64,000 nucleotides of DNA from Thermoplasmata archaeon (GTDB lineage Archaea > Thermoplasmatota > Thermoplasmata > RBG-16-68-12 > JAFNFQ01): positions 96,001 through 160,000 of the forward strand of contig JBGPQV010000002.1 of the NCBI GenBank assembly GCA_041489255.1, given 5' to 3'. Of the stretch, positions 12,396-22,280 are shown in pieces. Position 1 is the stretch's first letter. Every line of letters starts with the position of its first letter. The notes below the pieces were generated by a model. It was not told the DNA's origin. It saw nothing but the letters and a program-made list of their open reading frames with translations, and ran no database searches. The translations under genes and the position numbers were made by a program.

Positions 12396-12971
12396 ATGAG
12401 GATCAACAACATCTTCGGCACGAAGTTCAAGGGCGCTATCGGCAAGGACATGATAGCGTCCTCGTGGAAAGGGAAAGAATACGTGAAGGCCTACACGCAT
12501 CCCAGCAACCCCCGGACGGAGGCCCAGCAGGAGCACAGGGGCATCTTCGCGAGGGCGGTGGAGACCTGGCACGAGCTCAAGCTGTGCCAGAGGGAATTCT
12601 ACAACAGGGTGGCGGTGGAGATGACCGGCTACAACCTCTTCATCAGCAGGTACATCGAGGCGGTCAAGAACGAGCGGGAGCCGGAGGTCCCCTCGATCGT
12701 GTCGTGGAAGCCCGAGGACGCGGGGCAGGCCCAAGGTTGCACATCGTTGGTCCTTCTCGGGCAGAGGCTGGTCTTCAGCCTGAGGTTGGGCGATGGCGCA
12801 GGGGAGATCGCGCTCACGCGCTCGGACGCGCCGTACGAGTTCGCGTTCAGGAGAGGCGGCGGCGAGGACAAGGTGCGTCTGTCCGCGGACGCCCTGATCC
12901 CCGGCGGATCGGTCACTCTGAGAAGCGATCAGGTGGGGATCGGGCTGGTCCTGTCTGTCAATTCGCCATGA
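12396..12971 (+). CDS. Hypothetical protein with a basic N-terminal domain (resembles DUF6266-like proteins)
   Basis: FKGAIG...SSWKGKEYVKAY..PSNPRTEAQQEHR...MTGYNLFISRY; AGGAG upstream; strong codon bias. Confidence 0.7.
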   Translation: MRINNIFGTKFKGAIGKDMIASSWKGKEYVKAYTHPSNPRTEAQQEHRGIFARAVETWHELKLCQREFYNRVAVEMTGYNLFISRYIEAVKNEREPEVPSIVSWKPEDAGQAQGCTSLVLLGQRLVFSLRLGDGAGEIALTRSDAPYEFAFRRGGGEDKVRLSADALIPGGSVTLRSDQVGIGLVLSVNSP

Positions 12972-13179
12972 ATGCGGTCGGTGGACAGGTCGTCATGGAA
13001 GCCGGACGCACTGGGAGTGTGGCAGAGTCGATGTTCAGCGCACCTGAGGTATCGGCGGAGCATGAGCACGAACATCAATAGAACCAAGACCCCCGCGCGA
13101 ACAAGCAGACGCACAAGTGAGTGCACCAAAGTCATTATAGTCGGGGAAGAGCGTCACCATCATCGGGAGGAAGAAGCAG

Positions 13180-16152
13180 ATGAGAGGGCTTTCTCGGGCA
13201 TGCCCGCGCAGGAATCGTCTCGCCGCCCTTCTCGTGCTGTTCCTCCTCTCGACAACCTTCTCGTCCTTCTTCTACGCCCAGTTTCCCGCCAGCGCATCTG
13301 ACGACAAACCTTCTCCTTCGAGCTGGAGCGTGACCGTCGTCGACCCAAAGGGCTTCTGGACACCGTCCATCGCGATTGACAAGGCCGGGCGGCCCCACAT
13401 CGTGTACCTTGCGGAGCCGAACGAGCTCAGGTACGCGAGCTGGATAGGCTCTTCCTGGCAGTTCGAGAAGGTGGACACATGGTCGATCATGGGCAACAAG
13501 GCGTCCCTGGCACTCGACTCGAACGACACCCCGCACATCGCTTATTACGACTGGGATGAGAGGGACCTCAAATACGCCTACAAGAATGGCACCATATGGA
13601 CTATCGAGGTTGTCGATGAATACGGCGATGTGGGACGGATGCCCAGCCTCGCCATCGACTCACACAACATTCCCCACATCTCCTACTACAACATGACCAA
13701 TCTGCCAATCAACGACGATTGCTCGCTTAAGTACGCCGTCAGGGATGGGAATCCATGGCGCGCAGAGACAGTCGTGGACAGCGATTTCTACGATTATGAC
13801 GAATCGGATACTTCGCTGAAACTCAACGCCACCGACGAACCCCGTATCGCCTACGCAGCCTATCAGATACTCTACTACGCGTCTTGGACTGGGTCGATAT
13901 GGCGAATTGAATCGGCTCCGAAGGATCCTGGGGATACAGGGAACTTCCCCTCTCTGGCTCTCGACTCGCGCGGTGACCCGCACATCGCCTACTTGAGAGA
14001 GTGGGACGTGGACCGATTGGACTACGCGACAAAGGGACTGTTGGGCTGGGTCACGCAGACCATAGATGCGGGGAGGGGTTACAGCCACGCAATAGCCCTC
14101 GACTCGCGGGACAGGCCTCACATAGCGTACACAACAGGCACGGTTGGCCCTGTTCCCCCCTATTACCTCTATTACGCTGAAATGAACGGTCCTTGGGTGT
14201 TGACCACCGTGGACGCCAGTGACGGCGTTGCCGGACCATTGTCCATCGCCATCGACGGCTGCGACGGGGTGCACATCGCCTACACCCGCAACTACTCCGG
14301 AGGCAACGAGCTCAAGTACGCCTACCTTCCGGGCCAGGACCTGACCCCGCCGAAGAGCACGGCGTCCTCACCCGGCCCCTACTGGCATAACGGGCCCGCG
14401 AGCGTCTCGGCCATCGCAAACGACTCCTGCTCCGGCGTCTCGAACGTCACCCTGTGGTACCGCCAGAGCGGCGACAACTCGACGTGGGGGCAGTGGACGC
14501 AGTACTCGACGCTGTCTTCCCAGCACTGGACGTGGTCTTTCACGTTCCCCGCGGGGGATGGGCACTACCAGTTCCACACGACCTCGTCTGACAACGCCGG
14601 GAACGAGGAGCCACCGCCGCTCTCCGCCGACGCCATCGCGGGCTACGACTCGACACCTCCCGTCTCCTCGGCCACGCCGATGCGCCCGTACTGGCAAGCC
14701 ACGCCCTCCGCCGTCGTCGACGCGACCGCCACGGACAGCCTGAGCGGGGTGGCAGAGGTCACCCTCCTCTACTCCCATGCTCCCCTCGACAACTCGACGT
14801 GGAGCCCTTGGATTTCGCTTGGGATGAAGACATCACAGCCGTGGTCCTGGCCGTTCCCCTTCCCGGACGGCGAGGGAAACTACAAGTTCCACACTATCGC
14901 ACGGGACGTGGCTGGCAACGTGGAAGGCGCCAAGACTACGGCGGAGGCGATTGCGGGCTATAGGTCGCCGCCCGATTACGTTCCTGATAGTCCTCTACCA
15001 TCATCCCAAGCGGTCGTTGGTCTCACCTTGTCCCTCAACCTATCCCTGAGCGTAAGGAACCTCGGAGGGGAGACGAACGAGACGGCCACCCTCGCCTTCT
15101 ACAACGACTCGACTCCCTCGTCACCGTTCCTCACCATCCAGGTGCCGCCAGTCCCGCCCGGGACTGCCTCTGGTCCCTTCTCCGCAGCATGGACATCCCC
15201 CGCCACGCCCTGCTCCTGCCGCGTCGTGGCGGACGTGGACTACGGGAACGACGTGGATGAGTCGAACGAGACGAACAATGTCTGCGCTTGGACGATAGAC
15301 GTGGTCAGTGGGCCTGTCACCTCCATCGTCGTAGGCGATCCACGCCACACCTCTCCCGCCTCGGTGACTTATGTGAAATCGTCCACGCCAATCGACTTCT
15401 CGTACACCGACCAGAGCGGTTTCGGGATCAGGAATACCACATACACGGTCGATGGCGGGACTCCTGTCAACTACACCGCCATTGGCACGTTATTCCTGGC
15501 GGGGGAAGGCATGCATACGATCGAGTGGCGGTCGCTCGACTGGGCGGGGAACCTCGAGGAGGTCAGCTCGAAGATGCTGACGGTGGATAACACTCCACCC
15601 GCCACGACAATCACCCAGAGCGAAGTGCAGGCCACGATTGAGACGTTCTTCACCCTCACCGCCGCGGACTCCGGCTGCGGTGTGAACGTCACGATGTACA
15701 GGATAGACGGCGGGAGCTGGATGGTCTACACCGGTGGATTCACCCTCGCCGAGGGGGAGCACACAATATACTACTACTCGATCGACAACCTGGGCAACGT
15801 CGAGCAGGAGAGGTCGCTGGTAGTCAAGCCGCCGGTCGAGATTGCGGTGAACTACAAGCCGGTCGTGGCGCTGGTGTTCGCAATCATCTTGCTCGTGGCG
15901 GGAGTGTGGTCATCGAAGAGGGGGCCGTGGAAGGGCGGAAAGGATCGGATGGCGGTGGTGAAGGCGCTCGCGATCACCTCGTTGCCCTTCGTTCTCCTCG
16001 AGGCCGCCACTGGCGTGGCGTCCCAAGTGACGGGATACCTCTCGGTACCGCCAGTCGTCGGAATCGGCTCGGGCGCCGACCTAGTCATCCTAATGGCGGG
16101 CTTGGCGGCGATTGTTCTCAGAGCGCACAAGAAGATTCCGATGCCGGAGTGA
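13180..16152 (+). CDS. Large surface protein: beta-propeller-type repeats, Ig-like domains, CARDB, C-terminal 3-TM module
   Basis: Signal peptide; repeated SLALDS..PHIAY units; DESNETNN CARDB motif; YxIDGG Ig repeats; three hydrophobic helices at the C-terminus. Confidence 0.85.
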   Translation: MRGLSRACPRRNRLAALLVLFLLSTTFSSFFYAQFPASASDDKPSPSSWSVTVVDPKGFWTPSIAIDKAGRPHIVYLAEPNELRYASWIGSSWQFEKVDTWSIMGNKASLALDSNDTPHIAYYDWDERDLKYAYKNGTIWTIEVVDEYGDVGRMPSLAIDSHNIPHISYYNMTNLPINDDCSLKYAVRDGNPWRAETVVDSDFYDYDESDTSLKLNATDEPRIAYAAYQILYYASWTGSIWRIESAPKDPGDTGNFPSLALDSRGDPHIAYLREWDVDRLDYATKGLLGWVTQTIDAGRGYSHAIALDSRDRPHIAYTTGTVGPVPPYYLYYAEMNGPWVLTTVDASDGVAGPLSIAIDGCDGVHIAYTRNYSGGNELKYAYLPGQDLTPPKSTASSPGPYWHNGPASVSAIANDSCSGVSNVTLWYRQSGDNSTWGQWTQYSTLSSQHWTWSFTFPAGDGHYQFHTTSSDNAGNEEPPPLSADAIAGYDSTPPVSSATPMRPYWQATPSAVVDATATDSLSGVAEVTLLYSHAPLDNSTWSPWISLGMKTSQPWSWPFPFPDGEGNYKFHTIARDVAGNVEGAKTTAEAIAGYRSPPDYVPDSPLPSSQAVVGLTLSLNLSLSVRNLGGETNETATLAFYNDSTPSSPFLTIQVPPVPPGTASGPFSAAWTSPATPCSCRVVADVDYGNDVDESNETNNVCAWTIDVVSGPVTSIVVGDPRHTSPASVTYVKSSTPIDFSYTDQSGFGIRNTTYTVDGGTPVNYTAIGTLFLAGEGMHTIEWRSLDWAGNLEEVSSKMLTVDNTPPATTITQSEVQATIETFFTLTAADSGCGVNVTMYRIDGGSWMVYTGGFTLAEGEHTIYYYSIDNLGNVEQERSLVVKPPVEIAVNYKPVVALVFAIILLVAGVWSSKRGPWKGGKDRMAVVKALAITSLPFVLLEAATGVASQVTGYLSVPPVVGIGSGADLVILMAGLAAIVLRAHKKIPMPE

Positions 16153-16158
16153 TCCTCC

Positions 16159-16350
16159 TCAGCATTCAGAATAGCCGCACGTATGACACTTGACGCAGCC
16201 CTCCTCGTACACGAGGGCGTTGCCGCACTCAGGGCATTCAGGGTTCAGCCCCTTCTTTACGATGACCTCGTAGTCCTCGCGGTGCTCCTTGTCCATCTCG
16301 TCGTCGGCGTGAATCGTCCCGTGCTCCTCGAAGGACTCGACCGACGGCTC
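16159..16350 (-). pseudogene. Orphan 3' fragment resembling the C-terminal Zn ribbon of class II ribonucleotide reductase (NrdJ)
   Basis: NPECPECGNALVYEEGCVKCHTCGYSEC-stop; host-like codon bias is lost upstream of about 16350. Confidence 0.6.
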
Positions 16351-16548
16351 GTATCTTGTTTGTGAATCTTGAGCGATGCGCTTATCTGGTGCAATCATGA
16401 GGCTTTCTTCTGGTGGAACTCGTCGCATGAGCTGCCGTACGGAATGTATGTACGATGGTTTCTTGCCCGCAGACGCTATCAAGGTTGATAGCCAGAAGTG
16501 TGAGGGCGCGGAGGATGTGTGAAGGCTCTCGCATCTGGAGGTGAACGA

Positions 16549-16938
16549 ATGAAGGGAAATCACAAAGGCGTGCGTGCGATGGTTGGTGTGCTAGGAGCCG
16601 TGGCAATTGTTCTCCTATTTGCCACGGGATTGGCGTTGGCGGGAAGCTTCACCGACGTATGGGTGAACTACGTCAGGGTAGGTGACAACAGCCCATGTCG
16701 CTTATACAATGGCGTTTACGTAAACGGAGTCTATACCCCGGACAATGCGTATGACGCGGTGATACGCTGGAAGTTGGATAGTGGCAGCTGGCACACTACC
16801 AGCATGTGGCAAGGAGGGAATGGTGCAATCGCCTTCGATTTCACAATGAACGAGACACCGACGGGGAGCAGCACACTGTATCTATGGGGTGACGAGACCT
16901 ACGGCAGCGACGGATATTGGAGCTGCTACCAAGTCTAA
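16549..16938 (+). CDS. Small secreted hypothetical protein
   Basis: Perfect GGAGGTGA RBS at 16537-16544; signal peptide ending LALA; lower GC than flanks. Confidence 0.75.
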   Translation: MKGNHKGVRAMVGVLGAVAIVLLFATGLALAGSFTDVWVNYVRVGDNSPCRLYNGVYVNGVYTPDNAYDAVIRWKLDSGSWHTTSMWQGGNGAIAFDFTMNETPTGSSTLYLWGDETYGSDGYWSCYQV

Positions 16939-17200
16939 TAGTGTGGAGTGCCGGCAATCTTTCAACCATTCCGACTCGGAAATTGGCCATGCTGAATATC
17001 GCGAAGAAGCAAGACTAATGTCTTATCATGACGTTTAGGAATCGACGGATGTGAGCCAAGTGAGTCAATGTCCTCCAAAGAGTGCGCCCAACACCGGTGC
17101 GGCCAACTCGTCAGGCACCCGATCTAATTATCACTCGGAGAGTTTACGGTTTCATTACGGAAAAAGCTCATCTAAATCGAGGCATCGGATTGATGACAAG

Positions 17201-20200
17201 ATGAGGGTGTCTTTGAGTCATCTGGTTGGCAAACGCAATCTGACATCATCAGGCATACACCAATCGGTGCGCCAACTTTACGCGTTTTCGTGCACCGCGC
17301 TCATCATCTTCGGAAGCATCTTGCTTGCGATGCCCATGGGAAAAGCAACCATATCATGGGCCACGGAAGTAATCGATCCGAGAGACACGAACTATCGGAG
17401 TGAGAATTCGTTCGTCTTGGATTCTTTGGGCAGACCTCACACGGTATACCATAGCAGCTCAGCGCTGATCTATGCCGTTAAAGACGGAGGCTCGTGGCAC
17501 TACTCGACAGTAGAGAGCAGCATTCCGGTGAACTCCTCAACGCAGAATGACCTGGCCTTGGACAGCTCTGGCACACCGTACGTTGCATACCGCAATTACA
17601 CCCACATCTGGCTCGCCAAGTCCGATGGAACGTATTGGTACAAGAGCGATGTCTACGACGGGCAACAGATCGGACGGGACGTCACCATCGCTCTGAACCG
17701 GAGCGGGTATCCCAGGATTGCCCATATTGAGGGCGATTCCAGCAATGTAACGCTCTACCTGTCTTCCTTGGTCGGAAACTTATGGGCAGCCGACCCGATT
17801 GAGAGCGGGTATGAAGCCGTCGCCGGCCCAATCGCCATCGATCGAAATGACAGAGTCCATGTAAGCTATTGGATGAATGGTGCGATGAAGCATGCCTATT
17901 ACGACGGCACCGGATGGAACATAACCACAATCTTCTACGCGCCCTCTTCCACCATGGCGCCTGGGGGGTTGGCTTTGGATGCACTGGGGTTTCCACAAGT
18001 TACATTCACGCAGCGCATTGGGCCGACGGCACGTATACTGTACGCCGGGTGGAATGGAACGTCGTGGTCCCTCGAGACCGTTGACTGCTGCGTGGTCGAC
18101 CACAGCTCTCTCGCCCTTGACCTGAGAAACGAGCCTCATATCAGCTACTGGAACCATAGCATGCTGGAGGAAAGCCTGATATACGCGTACAAGAACGGGA
18201 CCTCATGGGCAAAGGAGAGTGTGGAGCCCTGTTGGGGGTACACGGCCATAGGCGTCGACGCGATGATGCGCGTTCACATCGTCTACCTAGAAGTCGACGG
18301 GCATCACGTGAGATACGCTCTTCGAATCCCCGACAATCCTCTGCCTGTGTCCCGCGTCCGTCCGGTGAACCCGCATTGGTGGAACAGTGTACCGCTGTAC
18401 CTGCAGGTGGACGCCACCGATCTGAACGGTTCCGTAGACCGGGTCGACCTCTACTATCGGTTTGACGCCGGAGCGGGCTGGGGACCGTGGTCCCAATACG
18501 TGTTCAGCCGGTCTCCTCCGTGGATATTCCCGTTCGGCTGGCCCGACGGGGAAGGCAGGTACGAGTTCTACAGCCTCGCATTCGATGGACTGGAATGGGA
18601 GCTCAAGATCGAGGCTTCGGAGGCGTCCGCGGGCTACGACATCACCCCGCCAGTCTCTACAGCCCTTCCGATATCGCCCTACTGGCACTCCACCTCGCCG
18701 ATGAGCGTGGACGCCACCGCCACAGACAACCTCAGCGGGGTGGCTAACGTCACCCTCTTCTATTCCTATGCTCCTCTTGACAACTCGTCGTGGAGCGCGT
18801 GGACAGAGTTCAATACGAGGTACTCGCCGCCGTGGTCATGGTCTTTCCTCTTCCCAAACGGCAAAGGGAACTACAAGTTCCACACGATAGCAACTGATGT
18901 GGCAGGAAACAAGGAAGGCGCGAAGACGATCGCGGAGGCGGTTGCGGGGTACAACGGCACGCCTCCCATTGCGATGCCCGATTACGCGCCGATTAATGAA
19001 CAGCCCATCCCACCGGTCAGGATCGGCCTCTCTTCTCCAATCTCGCTGTCCCTGGTGGTCCACAACGGCGGCAACGCCACCGCCGAGACAGACACCACGC
19101 TCGCTTTCCACAACTCGACCACTCCCGCCACGCCATTCAAGACTTTCACCATCAATCCAATCGCCCCGGGCGGGAACTCCTCCAAGTTCACCGCCACTTG
19201 GACATCTCCCACCACGTCGGACACCTACCTCGTGTCCGCGAACGTCGAATATTGGAACAATGTGACGGAGTGGAACGAAACCAACAACGTGTTCACGTGG
19301 ACGATTGACGTCGTCACCGGTCCTATCACCTCCCTCGTCATCGGCTCTCCCAACTACACTTCCTCCGTCATGGCTACCTTCGTCAAGCCAACAACATCCC
19401 TCGATTTCAGCGTCCTCGACCAGAGCGGTCTCGGGATAAGGAACACCACATACAGAATCGATGGCGGGAGTCCTGTCAACTACACCGCCACCGGGACATT
19501 CAGCCTGTCCTCGGAAGGGGAGCATTATCTCGAATGGTTCTCCGAGGACTATGCGGGGAACGTCGAGAACGCCAGTTCCCTCATCATCAGAGTTGATGGC
19601 ACGGCGCCGACCACGACGCCATTAATCGGTGATCCGAAGTACCTCAACGGTAATGTTTTCGTGAACTCCTCCACCTCGATCTCCCTGCCCGCCATTGATG
19701 GCGGTCTCCTGCCGGTCGGCCTCAGCTACACGGGATACAGTGTCGACGGCGGCACGTGGAAGATCTACTCGTCCCCCTTCAACCTGACAACGGAGGGACT
19801 CCACACAATCGACTTCTTCTCCTCGGATAGACTATTGAACCTGGAGGCACAGAAGTCGATTATTGTCATCGTGGACAACACGCCGCCGGACACTTCGCTG
19901 CAGGTGAATGGACCAAAGTTCCAGTCCGCTGATCTGTATGTCGGTAATGGTATTGGTTTCAATCTCACGGCGATCGATGGCGGCATGAATCCCGTCGGTC
20001 TCGGAATGATCGAGTACAGAATTGATGGCGGTCTGTGGAACGTCTGCTCCTCAGATTTCACGCTGGCCAGCGCCACAGACGGTCCTCACGCAATCGATTA
20101 TCGATCCAAGGATCTCCTGGGGAATGTCGAGTCGGTCAAGAGCCTCCAAATCATCCTCGACAACAGCCCTCCCGCCACGACGATCCACCAGAGCGAGGAG

Positions 20201-20755
20201 CAGGCGACTACCGCCACAGTCTTCACCCTCACCGCCACCGATTCCGGATGCGGGGTGAACGTCACCAGATACAGGATAGACGGCGGGAGCTGGATCACGT
20301 ACTCGGGCGGCTTCACTCTACCTGAAGGTGAACACAACATCTCCTACTACTCGAACGACATGCTGAACAACACGGAAGCGGAGAGGTGGTTGCTGGTGAC
20401 CGTGGAGGGGACGACGACACCGCCGGTCGAGGTGACTGTGAACTACAAGCCGGTAGTGGCGGTGATGTTCGCGATCATCCTCCTCGTGGCGGGAGTCTGG
20501 TCCTCGAGGAGGAGGCCGTGGAAGGGCGGGAAGGAGAGGATTGCGGTGGTGAAGGCTTTCATGATCACATCGATGTCGTTCGTAATTGCGGAGGCAGCAA
20601 CCGGCATGGTGTCTTTCCTAACGGGGCAGCTGTCGGTACCGCCGCTGGTTGGAGTGGGCACTGCTGTTGACCTGACGATTCTCTTGGCTGGAGTAGTCAC
20701 CGCAATTCTCCGCACAGTGAGGACAAAACCATCGGGAGAGGGGAGAAGCGAGTAG
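17201..20755 (+). CDS. Large surface protein, paralog of 13180..16152 with extra Ig-like repeats
   Basis: Same architecture and near-identical C-terminal NYKPVVA...3-TM module; start uncertain (17051-17330). Confidence 0.85.
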   Translation: MRVSLSHLVGKRNLTSSGIHQSVRQLYAFSCTALIIFGSILLAMPMGKATISWATEVIDPRDTNYRSENSFVLDSLGRPHTVYHSSSALIYAVKDGGSWHYSTVESSIPVNSSTQNDLALDSSGTPYVAYRNYTHIWLAKSDGTYWYKSDVYDGQQIGRDVTIALNRSGYPRIAHIEGDSSNVTLYLSSLVGNLWAADPIESGYEAVAGPIAIDRNDRVHVSYWMNGAMKHAYYDGTGWNITTIFYAPSSTMAPGGLALDALGFPQVTFTQRIGPTARILYAGWNGTSWSLETVDCCVVDHSSLALDLRNEPHISYWNHSMLEESLIYAYKNGTSWAKESVEPCWGYTAIGVDAMMRVHIVYLEVDGHHVRYALRIPDNPLPVSRVRPVNPHWWNSVPLYLQVDATDLNGSVDRVDLYYRFDAGAGWGPWSQYVFSRSPPWIFPFGWPDGEGRYEFYSLAFDGLEWELKIEASEASAGYDITPPVSTALPISPYWHSTSPMSVDATATDNLSGVANVTLFYSYAPLDNSSWSAWTEFNTRYSPPWSWSFLFPNGKGNYKFHTIATDVAGNKEGAKTIAEAVAGYNGTPPIAMPDYAPINEQPIPPVRIGLSSPISLSLVVHNGGNATAETDTTLAFHNSTTPATPFKTFTINPIAPGGNSSKFTATWTSPTTSDTYLVSANVEYWNNVTEWNETNNVFTWTIDVVTGPITSLVIGSPNYTSSVMATFVKPTTSLDFSVLDQSGLGIRNTTYRIDGGSPVNYTATGTFSLSSEGEHYLEWFSEDYAGNVENASSLIIRVDGTAPTTTPLIGDPKYLNGNVFVNSSTSISLPAIDGGLLPVGLSYTGYSVDGGTWKIYSSPFNLTTEGLHTIDFFSSDRLLNLEAQKSIIVIVDNTPPDTSLQVNGPKFQSADLYVGNGIGFNLTAIDGGMNPVGLGMIEYRIDGGLWNVCSSDFTLASATDGPHAIDYRSKDLLGNVESVKSLQIILDNSPPATTIHQSEEQATTATVFTLTATDSGCGVNVTRYRIDGGSWITYSGGFTLPEGEHNISYYSNDMLNNTEAERWLLVTVEGTTTPPVEVTVNYKPVVAVMFAIILLVAGVWSSRRRPWKGGKERIAVVKAFMITSMSFVIAEAATGMVSFLTGQLSVPPLVGVGTAVDLTILLAGVVTAILRTVRTKPSGEGRSE

Positions 20756-20869
20756 GTCGAAGAAGCCATGACAGGCGTGAGCCCGTCGGATAACATTCTG
20801 ATCGAAAGTCGAAATCCACAGCGTGCGATTGAGCTTGCGGAATCCGATTTATCACAGTTCGGAGAAGCA

Positions 20870-20942
20870 TGCCCGGGGAGGGAGTTGAACCCCCAGGAAA
20901 CGGATCTGCAGTCCGTCACATTGGCCGCTCTGTCACCCGGGC
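20870..20942 (-). tRNA. tRNA-Cys(GCA), no encoded CCA, discriminator reads A
   Basis: Cloverleaf: GCCCGGG/CCCGGGC acceptor, ACGGA-CTGCAGA-TCCGT anticodon arm, GGGGG-TTCAACT-CCCTC T arm. Confidence 0.95.
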
Positions 20943-21003
20943 AGCGCGCGAACGATTGGCGGTACGATAGTTAACCTTTTTTATCTCAGGACGACCTCGT
21001 CCG

Positions 21004-22119
21004 TCAGAACAGGCTCTCCTTTGCGAAAAACATGTCCAGCGCCTTGATCGCCCCCTTCTTGTTGCCGTCGGCACCGACACCTGCCAGAGCCTCCGGGCCG
21101 CTCCATGACTCGAAGCTCGCCAGCGCGTCCCTCATCTGCCTCCTTAGGAATTCGTTCTCCTTCCCCTTCAGAACGAGCGCGATGAACGCGTAGTTGCCCT
21201 TCTCGATGAGTATGCGCGTGTCCCCGTGGTCTATCGCCCTGAGAGAATCGCTCGAAGAAGCGGGGAAGGATGTCTTCACGTAGCTCTGGATCACCGCCAA
21301 CGTCTTCGACAGCTTCTCGAAGTCGAAGCTCTTCGCGGAGAACAGCGACTTCGAGCCGATCAGAGTCCCGTCCTCCCGCATAAGGTTCACCGCCATGACC
21401 TCGTAGCGTCGACCTTCATAGCTCTTCAGCGCCTTCAGCCATCGATCCCACGTTTCAGGGAATGTCAGCGGCATCATCGCGCTCACAGGCAATATGAGCG
21501 CTATCGAGAATATGGGGAACGGCGAGGCATGTTCATTCCCGACGACTATGTCGGCCGCGAAGGCCATGCCGACGTAGATCGCGAACGAGAGCGTCAGCCA
21601 TAATGTCTTTCGGGCGAGTGACTTGTCGTTCAGACCGATTCTCTTCGAGGCCGCGTAGGTGTGCACGCAGCCCGCCATGAAGTAGAAGAGGGCGTACGCA
21701 TCGTAGATCGCAAGAGACTCCGGCTGTGAGACGAACCCCCAGCCCCAGGGGGTCCTCACCACATCGCTCATGCCCGGAATCCACGTGACCACGAGAACGA
21801 TGACGCTCATCGGCAAGAGCACCAGCCACCTTCTGTTCGGACTGCGGCGGAACGAGATTGTGAAGCAGACAAGGAACAGAACTGCCAGATTCAACTCACT
21901 CAGTCCAAGTCTGGCGGCGAACAGAACCAGGACCGGATCATCCGAGTTGTAGCAGAGGAAGTCATCGAGAGCGAAAAGGCCCAGACAGACGATGGAGAGC
22001 TCGAAGAAAATCTCAGTCCAAGTGTTGACGCGGCGCTTGAGCAGCAGGAAGACAAGCATCGAGAACAGCAGTCCTGCCGTGATGATCGGCATTCCCCTGA
22101 GGATGCCCTCTATGTTCAT
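21004..22119 (-). CDS. Multi-pass (about 7 TM) membrane protein with C-terminal longin/roadblock-like cytoplasmic domain
   Basis: N-terminal hydrophobic helices like HisKA_7TM sensors; tail EDGTLI...IQSYVKTSF...IDHGDTRILIEKGNYAFIALVLKG. Confidence 0.65.
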   Translation of the reverse strand: MNIEGILRGMPIITAGLLFSMLVFLLLKRRVNTWTEIFFELSIVCLGLFALDDFLCYNSDDPVLVLFAARLGLSELNLAVLFLVCFTISFRRSPNRRWLVLLPMSVIVLVVTWIPGMSDVVRTPWGWGFVSQPESLAIYDAYALFYFMAGCVHTYAASKRIGLNDKSLARKTLWLTLSFAIYVGMAFAADIVVGNEHASPFPIFSIALILPVSAMMPLTFPETWDRWLKALKSYEGRRYEVMAVNLMREDGTLIGSKSLFSAKSFDFEKLSKTLAVIQSYVKTSFPASSSDSLRAIDHGDTRILIEKGNYAFIALVLKGKENEFLRRQMRDALASFESWSGPEALAGVGADGNKKGAIKALDMFFAKESLF

Positions 22120-22280
22120 CGAATTCCCGCCTTGGATTATCGGCTGCCGACGAGCACCGAACCATGTGCCCTGATTAGGAGATAGTCATTTCGCCGTGGT
22201 TATCATTCTGCGAGTGGAACGACTCAGGGGGAATACGGAGAAGGGGCAACGTATATGCCGCCGTCCTCGAATCCCCTGTC

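Noticed and set aside
16350-20870. Integrated mobile element at tRNA-Cys
   Set aside because: No integrase and no duplicated tRNA 3' end seen; kept only as a possibility under the nrdJ-remnant finding.
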